Source: an uncultured virus (IMG/VR IMGVR_UViG_2030936005_000022)
Taxonomy: Duplodnaviria; Heunggongvirae; Uroviricota; Caudoviricetes
IMG/VR virus record: IMGVR_UViG_2030936005_000022
Span: 62,001 to 126,000 of that record
Length of the DNA stretch: 64,000 nucleotides
Strand: one strand, 5' to 3'
The position numbers and the translations under genes are program-made. Under the pieces are notes generated by a model, which ran no database searches, was not told the DNA's origin, and worked only from the letters and a program-made list of their open reading frames with translations. Below are positions 56,931 to 64,000 of the stretch, piece after piece. Position 1 is the stretch's first letter, and every line of letters begins with the position of its first letter.

Positions 56931-57776
56931 AGAAATCTGAGCCATAATTTTGTTATGAAAACGTTTATAGTTTTCAATCTCATAGTCTGAAATGAACTTC
57001 CTAGCACTCAAAAATAATGAGTGATCATCCATCCAGAACTGCATACACTTCATGAAAAAATCAACACGCATATGCCACGTTTCAGTACAGCCATGCTCAT
57101 CATCATCAAATACACGCTTCCCAGCGAACAAGTGCTCACTAGTACTGTATTCTTCATACACAGCATCGTCATCATTATAGTTCCGCTTACGTTGCCCTGC
57201 GAACTGCTGAGTGCGGTTAATGCAGTCTGAACCCATCTTGAAGTACTTCACGTACTCCCAAACCACGAACGGATAAACAGCATCGTGAATGTTCTTGTAA
57301 TGCTCACCATCAGGAACAATACTGTAATCAGGCCGTGCGTTCGTCAAGCCGTCATGCTGACTCTCAGAACTTATACCGAACTGGAAGAACCGACCTTCTT
57401 CATCTTCACCACAAGCCTTACCATAACCATAACGATTATCACCATATCGACACGCTTCATATGCACCTTTAGCAATGCACATCTTACCGCTTTCCATGTT
57501 GTACGCTATGTAATCGTAATCGTAAACACCATCTAACATGTACTGAAACATTGCTTCATCTGGAACATCAATTAGTACTTTGTACTCATTACGATCTAAA
57601 TGACGACAGTACTTGGATATTTTATGTGAAGCTGTTTCTGTAAATGTCATAAGCTCATGTGGATGCATAGCAAAACTTGCACGGTCACTTACATAACCAT
57701 ATGGTTCTGCTATACAATCTTCCTCATCACAATCATCTCGTAATGTGTTGAAATCAATTATTAACTGTAATTTCAT
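56919..57776 (-). CDS. Hypothetical protein with FQ-like motifs
   Basis: DEAMFQYMLD and EEGRFFQFG; likely start MKLQL. Confidence 0.75.
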   Translation of the reverse strand: MKLQLIIDFNTLRDDCDEEDCIAEPYGYVSDRASFAMHPHELMTFTETASHKISKYCRHLDRNEYKVLIDVPDEAMFQYMLDGVYDYDYIAYNMESGKMCIAKGAYEACRYGDNRYGYGKACGEDEEGRFFQFGISSESQHDGLTNARPDYSIVPDGEHYKNIHDAVYPFVVWEYVKYFKMGSDCINRTQQFAGQRKRNYNDDDAVYEEYSTSEHLFAGKRVFDDDEHGCTETWHMRVDFFMKCMQFWMDDHSLFLSARKFISDYEIENYKRFHNKIMAQISETK

Positions 57777-57777
57777 A

Positions 57778-57999
57778 TTAATCGAAGTTCCAAGATTCTT
57801 CTTCGAAGTCACTTAGCATTTGTGCTAGTTCAGCCGCTTCACCAATACTAGCATCAAGCACTTCAAAGTCAATATTACAACCGTAATAACACTCTGATGC
57901 TTGCATTAGTTCATCATGAATCTCTTGTACAGATTTGTCTTTGTATAGGTTTAGATAGTGATCACCACTTTCAGATGTAATGTGTAATGCTACAATCAT
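57778..57999 (-). CDS. Hypothetical protein
   Basis: Start MIVALH after AGGAG. Confidence 0.65.
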   Translation of the reverse strand: MIVALHITSESGDHYLNLYKDKSVQEIHDELMQASECYYGCNIDFEVLDASIGEAAELAQMLSDFEEESWNFD

Positions 58000-58009
58000 A
58001 GTATATCTC

Positions 58010-58774
58010 CTAAAATTTATAGAAGCCTTTAATGCTTCCGTCTTCGTTTCTTTGTGTACTAAAACTACCATCAGCATCTTTTCCAACCATCTCAAAGAAA
58101 TGGTGTAGTACTTCATGGTGACGAACAACTTTCTTCAAATCACTATTGTGAATGAAATTAGCAATGTCACTACTAACTGGTGGTAGATTGACATTCGGTA
58201 AATCATTTACTACTTGAGCAATATCTAATAATTGCTCACATGTACGTTTAACAGAACTGAATTTCTTACGAGCATTTTTTATATAATCACTCGCTTTGTT
58301 AGTACCGTAAATGTAATCACGAACTCCCTCATAAGTAATACAATGAGTAATAGCCCAAAACTGTTGGATTTTGTATTCGCTCAAAATCTCACCCACTGTT
58401 TGCACATAGTCCGAAATCTCTACATCAAATAATAGTTCATCTTTGTTGAGAATATCTTTTGGGACGGTTAAACAATACTCACCAGTACTGAGATTAGTTG
58501 CGAAATGACCGTCTGGATGAACATTCACCCAACCTTCCAAGAAGTCAATTAGATGTGAGTCAACCATATTCCACATCGTTTTATTGTACTCTTTAACTAA
58601 AGGAAGAATACGTTCATTGTACTGTTCTTGATATAGATCCGCTTGGAAATTATCATCAAGAATTTCACGCATAGAAAGGGGGCGAAGTAGTTTGGTGTGA
58701 ATCTTTTTAGCTTCATCTTGAATGAAAAGGAATTGATTTACTTGGTATTGGCGAATTTCTTTAAGACTGTACAT
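58010..58774 (-). CDS. Hypothetical protein
   Basis: 254 aa, GGAGA SD. Confidence 0.8.
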   Translation of the reverse strand: MYSLKEIRQYQVNQFLFIQDEAKKIHTKLLRPLSMREILDDNFQADLYQEQYNERILPLVKEYNKTMWNMVDSHLIDFLEGWVNVHPDGHFATNLSTGEYCLTVPKDILNKDELLFDVEISDYVQTVGEILSEYKIQQFWAITHCITYEGVRDYIYGTNKASDYIKNARKKFSSVKRTCEQLLDIAQVVNDLPNVNLPPVSSDIANFIHNSDLKKVVRHHEVLHHFFEMVGKDADGSFSTQRNEDGSIKGFYKF

Positions 58775-58794
58775 AAGTTCTCCAAAATTAAATT

Positions 58795-58826
58795 AAAAAA
58801 AGAGCAGGAGTTTCCCCCTGCTTTTT
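58795..58826 (-). terminator. Intrinsic terminator
   Basis: AGCAGG-N8-CCTGCT plus T-run. Confidence 0.65.
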
Positions 58827-58829
58827 GGC

Positions 58830-59135
58830 TTAGTGATTAGTGCTGTAAGCGAATACAGGACGCATGTTTTCTAGTGGATTGACTTCAGGTTTAAGTACTG
58901 TTACTTTAACTTGATACTCTTCTCCAGTTGTTGGATGGGTTAGTGTTTCGAAATGAACACTATCAATAAACGTTTCGTATTCTTCTTGAGAACGTGCTGT
59001 TACTGTACTGTATTTTTTCTTAGAATCAGCTTTAGCAGTAACACTTACTACTTCAACTTCTTCATTTTCAATATCATTGAAATCGCGTTCTTCTAGAGTT
59101 GCGAACATATCAAATTTGTTATTTCCATTTTCCAT
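58830..59135 (-). CDS. Hypothetical protein
   Basis: 101 aa. Confidence 0.75.
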   Translation of the reverse strand: MENGNNKFDMFATLEERDFNDIENEEVEVVSVTAKADSKKKYSTVTARSQEEYETFIDSVHFETLTHPTTGEEYQVKVTVLKPEVNPLENMRPVFAYSTNH

Positions 59136-59163
59136 TTTTTAATTCCCTTTAAGTAATATGTTA

Positions 59164-59553
59164 TTATTCGATAATTAGTGAACCGTTGCGGTACATGTCT
59201 AGACGTTCTAGTACAGTCTTACGCTCAACGATCTCTGGAACTTCTTCATTCAACTGAGCACACGCTTCTACCATGAAGTCGTAGTCAGAATCACAATTAT
59301 CTAGTACTGCTTTAAGTGTTTCCCAATCAGCAGAAACTTCTCCAGTTTTGCGATTGCGATAGGAAGGCCAGAGGTCACCGTACTCTTGAACGTCTTTACC
59401 GTGATAAACACGAATAGCATTGAATAGCTGGCCTATGGTAAAATATTTGGTGTGCTGCATATCTTCAAGACAACATAGTTTTTCACTACCTTCATGGTTA
59501 ATTAGCACTACGCCACCAACAGTCTTTAAGATTTGAGAATGATTAGTCTTCAT
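59164..59553 (-). CDS. Hypothetical protein, probably early
   Basis: AAGGAGG SD directly after promoter. Confidence 0.8.
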   Translation of the reverse strand: MKTNHSQILKTVGGVVLINHEGSEKLCCLEDMQHTKYFTIGQLFNAIRVYHGKDVQEYGDLWPSYRNRKTGEVSADWETLKAVLDNCDSDYDFMVEACAQLNEEVPEIVERKTVLERLDMYRNGSLIIE

Positions 59554-59587
59554 AATGTCGCCTCCTTACGAATTTTTATGATGATTT

Positions 59588-59616
59588 ATTATATCACATT
59601 ATTGGTCGTCTGTCCC
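59588..59616 (-). promoter_or_regulatory. Promoter GGGACA-N17-TATAAT
   Basis: TTGGGACA-GACGACCAATAATGTGA-TATAAT. Confidence 0.85.
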
Positions 59617-59925
59617 AAGTTTTTCTTCAATGTGTTTCCACCACTGCCCGAAGTCATCTAGGATCATGTAAAATGTCTTTTCACATGGTTCATCGAAGTC
59701 CAAAATATGCTCCGAGTACAAATATGTTAAGTACTTTACATCACTTTTTGTTTTATTAAAACGCGAAGAAAGAATTAAAGAATCAATAGCACTCTTTTCG
59801 GTTGGTGTATTCAAAAGATACAACACAGTACCGTCAGGGTGAATAATCTCTTCCGCATTCTTCGGTTTCATTCTGTGACCTAAATTTGGAATCTTAGGTC
59901 CGTTCTTGAATTTGAGTTCTATCAT
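59599..59925 (-). CDS. Hypothetical protein
   Basis: Likely start MIELKF. Confidence 0.65.
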   Translation of the reverse strand: MIELKFKNGPKIPNLGHRMKPKNAEEIIHPDGTVLYLLNTPTEKSAIDSLILSSRFNKTKSDVKYLTYLYSEHILDFDEPCEKTFYMILDDFGQWWKHIEEKLGTDDQ

Positions 59926-60778
59926 CTTCCATAACCTCAATAGAATTTAATAACTGCTTTATAAATGAAGAATGCTTATCCTGTTCTTTTAGTACCGAAT
60001 ATGTATCTTCAATGTTCTTTTTAAAGAACACTCTGATCCCTTCCATAATTTCAAATAGAACTGGATCTGCAATCATATCAAAATTGAATGTAACATACTT
60101 GTTATAAACAAAATCAATACTTGCATCTTTATAATCAAAGTACTGCACATAATCTAATCTTTCAAAATTTTTGTGGAAATTAACTTTGATCTTATTCTTC
60201 TTCTCGTGATGGATACTCATTGAGTATGTTTCACGATTATTTCCGGTTGTCCGAATAGTAGTACGTAGTACTTTACCTTGATTGTTAACCTTTTCATAAA
60301 AGGATAACCCACTATGAGTACTAAAATTATGCTCTTGGTATTTCTTGAATTTTTCTACTCTGTAAGTAAACACATGTGGTACTATTGCACTAAGCACTTT
60401 TTCACCTCTGCGGGAAATATCCAAACCTTTAATGATAAAATTCTTATAGCAAACACCTTTTGATGGTCTGTGCACATAACCAATATCATCAAAACCACAA
60501 CTTTCAGAATGCTTTTCTTTGTTGTAGAAATTAGATGACGTGATTACATCTTGTATATTATCATCGTAGTACTTGCACCACCAGCCACGTTTATCTATCT
60601 TCAGCCATGTATTCTTTTCAAAGATAATGGTAAGTACTTGAGGGCTGCGTTTAGTTTCCAGTACTTTAGATGTAAAAATACTGGCATCGAAAGTACGCCC
60701 ATCGAACCAAAACTGATTTAAAAATTCATTGTACTCTTTCACTGAGTACCGCTTAAAATCAAAAATATTGTTTTTCAT
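59894..60778 (-). CDS. Hypothetical protein
   Basis: About 294 aa. Confidence 0.75.
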   Translation of the reverse strand: MKNNIFDFKRYSVKEYNEFLNQFWFDGRTFDASIFTSKVLETKRSPQVLTIIFEKNTWLKIDKRGWWCKYYDDNIQDVITSSNFYNKEKHSESCGFDDIGYVHRPSKGVCYKNFIIKGLDISRRGEKVLSAIVPHVFTYRVEKFKKYQEHNFSTHSGLSFYEKVNNQGKVLRTTIRTTGNNRETYSMSIHHEKKNKIKVNFHKNFERLDYVQYFDYKDASIDFVYNKYVTFNFDMIADPVLFEIMEGIRVFFKKNIEDTYSVLKEQDKHSSFIKQLLNSIEVMEDDRTQIQERT

Positions 60779-60793
60779 AGTACCCCACAAATG

Positions 60794-60943
60794 TTAAAAG
60801 GACGTGAAATCACGTCCTTTATGTTTAACTTTGCCATTCTTGGCTTCTTTTTTTTGATCAACAAAAGTCTTAGGTTTGTTGAAAGTTTCCATGTGCTTCG
60901 CAACTGGATTGTTTACAACAGGGTTCTTCTTTTTCTTTGACAT
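60794..60943 (-). CDS. 49-aa basic NPVAK...KHKG protein (not in ORF track)
   Basis: MSKKKKNPVVNNPVAKHMETFNKPKTFVDQKKEAKNGKVKHKGRDFTSF; GGAG SD. Confidence 0.7.
   Translation of the reverse strand: MSKKKKNPVVNNPVAKHMETFNKPKTFVDQKKEAKNGKVKHKGRDFTSF
60796..60820 (-). terminator. Terminator-like hairpin inside the 3' end of the 49-aa ORF
   Basis: AAAGGACGTG-ATTT-CACGTCCTTTT. Confidence 0.7.
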
Positions 60944-60945
60944 GT

Positions 60946-61269
60946 TTACTCCAAGTCAGGGTTTTTAACTGAAAGACTCTCAATATCTGATGCATAGATC
61001 ATCACATGCGGTTTGTCTTCTGCTACCTTAAAGTCGTGGTAGCTGTCCTTCACAATGAAATTATCAAGGATAAATCCTTTAGTGAGGAATAGCATATACT
61101 TATTATCATCTTTTGTCAAGTAAGTATTGCGACGATTTTCTACATTTCGTTGAGCAGTATCTTCTTCCGTATTTCTACAAACACGTTCGTTATATTCCTG
61201 ATGGGTATACATTGGCATTCCCATTACCCAAGACGATTCTGTACTAATTGTTACAATAAAAGATTGCAC
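60946..61269 (-). CDS. Hypothetical protein, start uncertain
   Basis: 107 aa; upstream 61270-61465 has interrupted frames. Confidence 0.45.
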   Translation of the reverse strand: MQSFIVTISTESSWVMGMPMYTHQEYNERVCRNTEEDTAQRNVENRRNTYLTKDDNKYMLFLTKGFILDNFIVKDSYHDFKVAEDKPHVMIYASDIESLSVKNPDLE

Positions 61270-61468
61270 TTATCCGAGTGGAAGCAATCATGCATAGACT
61301 TACTACACAAAACAAGCATTGTATCACATCACGAAAATTAAACATAATATCGTGAATCTCAAAGGCATCTTGAGTGATAATATCTTGTACGGGACCACTC
61401 TCTTTTATTCCGATCATAGTTCACTCCTTGAACCTATTCACGAGTACAATCCATGTACTCTCAATATA

Positions 61469-61954
61469 TCATTTAGCTTCTAGCTTATACGCCTCAACCG
61501 CTTCAGATACATTCTCGATAGCTTGATCGATAAATTCTTTACTAACTAAACGCGGGGAGGTCTTCATTTCTTTTAGAAGCTCTAGGTATTTAGTCATTAA
61601 TTCTGGGATGATTCCAAAGTCGAAATCATGCACAGTGCTGTACTGAAATAGTTCACCACCATCGACATACAAGCGATTGTACGAGGTTTTAAACCCACTT
61701 TCGAGTACTGTTAGGGTCAAATCCAAACCACGCTCATACGAGCCTACAGACACGATAGCAGGGTTGATAGCAATACTAGCATTCTTTGCATTATCACTAT
61801 AAACTAAACGTAAAGTTCCAGCACCAATAATAACAGTTAGGTCATCTGTATTAAGGGTAGTAATATCCCCAGAAACAGAAACTTTATTATTTAGACGGTC
61901 TTTAGTACTGAAAGATTTAGATAGCCGTGCAAATGCATCTTCAAGTTTATTCAT
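61469..61954 (-). CDS. FQ-motif family hypothetical protein
   Basis: GGELFQYSTVHD. Confidence 0.75.
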   Translation of the reverse strand: MNKLEDAFARLSKSFSTKDRLNNKVSVSGDITTLNTDDLTVIIGAGTLRLVYSDNAKNASIAINPAIVSVGSYERGLDLTLTVLESGFKTSYNRLYVDGGELFQYSTVHDFDFGIIPELMTKYLELLKEMKTSPRLVSKEFIDQAIENVSEAVEAYKLEAK

Positions 61955-62394
61955 TATTCGTAATCCTTTAGTAGTTCTACTAGTTTAACAATACTATCAT
62001 CACTGCAAGTGTACGATAGGTTTAGAAGGGTGTACTGGAAGAAATCAATTTCATTAATTCCACCATACGGTACTGGTTGGGCTTTACCTTGTTTGTCTGC
62101 CATGTAAACATCTTCTGCATCAAAACGCATAGAAAATGTATCACGTTCTTCTGGGTTCAAATACACAATAAAACGACCCAAGGATTTAGCAAGTTTTTCA
62201 ATCCTGATGCTATTAGAACCATAACTGAACTCAGCATCACCGCGATCATTCTGGAAATGATAGAAGTTGATACCACCAATATTAGTATAGCCCTCTGTGT
62301 ATAGAAGGTCTTTGTGGTGATACATAACTTGAATCAGTTCATCAAGCGTAGTCGTCCGAGTCTTATTTTTGGTTAGCGAAAATAAATGAATCAT
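61954..62394 (-). CDS. FQ-motif family hypothetical protein
   Basis: EIDFFQYTLLN. Confidence 0.75.
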   Translation of the reverse strand: MIHLFSLTKNKTRTTTLDELIQVMYHHKDLLYTEGYTNIGGINFYHFQNDRGDAEFSYGSNSIRIEKLAKSLGRFIVYLNPEERDTFSMRFDAEDVYMADKQGKAQPVPYGGINEIDFFQYTLLNLSYTCSDDSIVKLVELLKDYE

Positions 62395-62824
62395 AAATTC
62401 CTCTGCACATGGATAACGTTTTAATCATTGTATCATAGTCGAACTTGACTTGCAACCCCCAACCACCCACACAATTTTGAGTGAAGAAAACACCCTCCAT
62501 CTCGTCAAGTGTGAACGCTTCATCAAACAAATTAGTCTGATATAATTCGGTCTTTGGATTGTATACCATCAAGAATTCAGTACTGTAACGTATTACTAAT
62601 TTCTTTGGACTAATCATAATCCTGCATAAATCTTGCAAGTACTCAGTGCGAATATGTAAGTTAATGTGATTCTTATGACCAGCACAACGAACATCCATCG
62701 CGTATCCATCACCGATAACAAAACCATTTCTGGGGGTAAATTCTTTACCCGCACTCATTGACAGGCAATCCTGTACAATATAATTGATTGTATCCAAGTT
62801 GTCAAGTATATCTACTTTACGCAT
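62363..62824 (-). CDS. FQ-motif family protein (divergent)
   Basis: EGVFFTQNCVG; start MRKVDI after AGGAG. Confidence 0.7.
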   Translation of the reverse strand: MRKVDILDNLDTINYIVQDCLSMSAGKEFTPRNGFVIGDGYAMDVRCAGHKNHINLHIRTEYLQDLCRIMISPKKLVIRYSTEFLMVYNPKTELYQTNLFDEAFTLDEMEGVFFTQNCVGGWGLQVKFDYDTMIKTLSMCRGIYDSFIFANQK

Positions 62825-62834
62825 ATCTTCTCCT

Positions 62835-63404
62835 TTAAATCCCAACCTTATGTATCAATGTACGACGAATTTTACGAACATACTGAGTCTTAAATGAAAA
62901 CGGGATATAAAGATGATAACCCTCTAATTCCGGGCAAGGTGCTGTAAGAATCTCTTCATAGGCTCTTTTAATTATATTGTACTCTGGTAGTTCTGGGTGG
63001 ATCAACGATAACTGAAAATGCTCATCTTCAGTACATAACCCTTCCTTAAAGAATGTGTCAACATAATCATCAGTATCCAATAAATCTGAATTTTCAGAAT
63101 TAACAAAAGAATAACCAAAAAATTCATCATCTTTGTTGTAGGCAACACTGCAACCTGTATTACAAAATAATGAAATGCCAGTATCTTTGGATAAATGGAA
63201 TACATGTTCGGAACCGTAACCATCAATGTATGTTCTTATATATATTTTATCTTTATCAGTCCATACAAATTCTAGTTCATTACCATCGTCCATGCGAGTG
63301 TTTTGTTGATAACTATAAGCTACTTTTTGTTTCCTGAAATTCAAACAACGAATAGCTAGATCTCTACATAACTCGAAATGCTCTTTAAGTTCTTCATAGT
63401 TCAT
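62835..63404 (-). CDS. FQ-motif family hypothetical protein
   Basis: EDEHFQLSLIHP. Confidence 0.75.
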   Translation of the reverse strand: MNYEELKEHFELCRDLAIRCLNFRKQKVAYSYQQNTRMDDGNELEFVWTDKDKIYIRTYIDGYGSEHVFHLSKDTGISLFCNTGCSVAYNKDDEFFGYSFVNSENSDLLDTDDYVDTFFKEGLCTEDEHFQLSLIHPELPEYNIIKRAYEEILTAPCPELEGYHLYIPFSFKTQYVRKIRRTLIHKVGI

Positions 63405-63407
63405 TGG

Positions 63408-63959
63408 TTAAAATTCCTCAAAGTACAAACAAATGTCATCATAGATAGTGTTAAGAAGTTCAGTACTAACTTCTGGACAAAGATCCATATAGAAACACAT
63501 ACCTTTCATTTCAGTACAATCCATAGTTAGTGCTTCCATATAACGTGGAAGGTCTTCGTACTTCAATACCATATCATCACGAATAAGTGATTGTTGAAAG
63601 TACTCTTCCTCGCTGATATTAATTACACCACCATCTAGCTTAGAATCCAAGTACTCATCTTCGTGATCATTCCCACTATCAAAGAATGTATACTCTTCAT
63701 TACGTTCATCACCTTCCATGAAGTTACGGCCCCATCCACGATGTGTACGGAGATTGATAATATACAAGTGCTCATGATTTCCAATTTCGCAAATCTCGTA
63801 ACGTTCTTCGTGATCATCCATATCAAATGATACACGAACTAATGCATGTTCGTCTGCGTACTTAAACCCATACACCCTGCATAAGTATTGTGGCATGTAC
63901 TTTTCATAAGAGAATACTTTTGGTTTATTCTTATTAAGCAAAGCACCCAATTCTAGCAT
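63408..63959 (-). CDS. FQ-motif family hypothetical protein
   Basis: EEEYFQQSLIRD. Confidence 0.75.
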   Translation of the reverse strand: MLELGALLNKNKPKVFSYEKYMPQYLCRVYGFKYADEHALVRVSFDMDDHEERYEICEIGNHEHLYIINLRTHRGWGRNFMEGDERNEEYTFFDSGNDHEDEYLDSKLDGGVINISEEEYFQQSLIRDDMVLKYEDLPRYMEALTMDCTEMKGMCFYMDLCPEVSTELLNTIYDDICLYFEEF

Positions 63960-64000
63960 AAGTTTGTAACGATAGATATCTTCATCTACTTTGTCTTTAA

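Noticed and set aside
61270..61465. Stop-codon reassignment or a sixth GGGACA promoter (TGTGATACAAT at about 61320)
   Set aside because: TAG and TGA end many genes normally; the site lacks the -35. More likely a decayed or mis-assembled small gene.
6389..62304. Short plus-strand ORFs antisense to minus-strand genes (e.g. 11815, 12850, 19642, 50814, 55950)
   Set aside because: Shadow frames of real genes; no SD, motifs or promoters.
1..64000. CRISPR array, rRNA, integrase, transposase or reverse transcriptase
   Set aside because: No regularly spaced repeats or diagnostic motifs seen; AGTACT spacing is irregular.

Overview
AT-rich (about 35% GC by eye) segment of a large lytic phage genome. 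Gene content and layout suggest a RaK2/GAP32/PBECO4-like jumbo myophage of enteric gammaproteobacteria (inference). Genes are densely packed on the minus strand, except four Ig-like virion-protein paralogs on the plus strand (23051-29458). Recognisable genes: nrdD/nrdG, PIN-PhoH, an NUDT16-like Nudix, a sirtuin, an Acb1-like 2H phosphoesterase, HslV-like and ClpP-like proteases, NAMPT plus NMNAT-Nudix, dCMP deaminase, DNA ligase, phosphatases, an HNH endonuclease, PNKP plus RNA ligase 1, an HD hydrolase and an N6-adenine methyltransferase. Main unexplained signals: (1) the palindrome AGTACT is strongly over-represented in all reading frames; (2) about 13 divergent small proteins share one short acidic-F-Q motif; (3) a promoter-flanked, ORF-free, highly structured region of about 640 bp ends in twin GA-capped hairpins; (4) a consensus FNR box abuts the nrdD promoter; (5) a GGGACA-N17-TATAAT promoter class. 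Seven genes are split by single-base indels that are probably assembly errors. No tRNA, rRNA or CRISPR array was seen. All calls are by-eye motif recognition without database searches.
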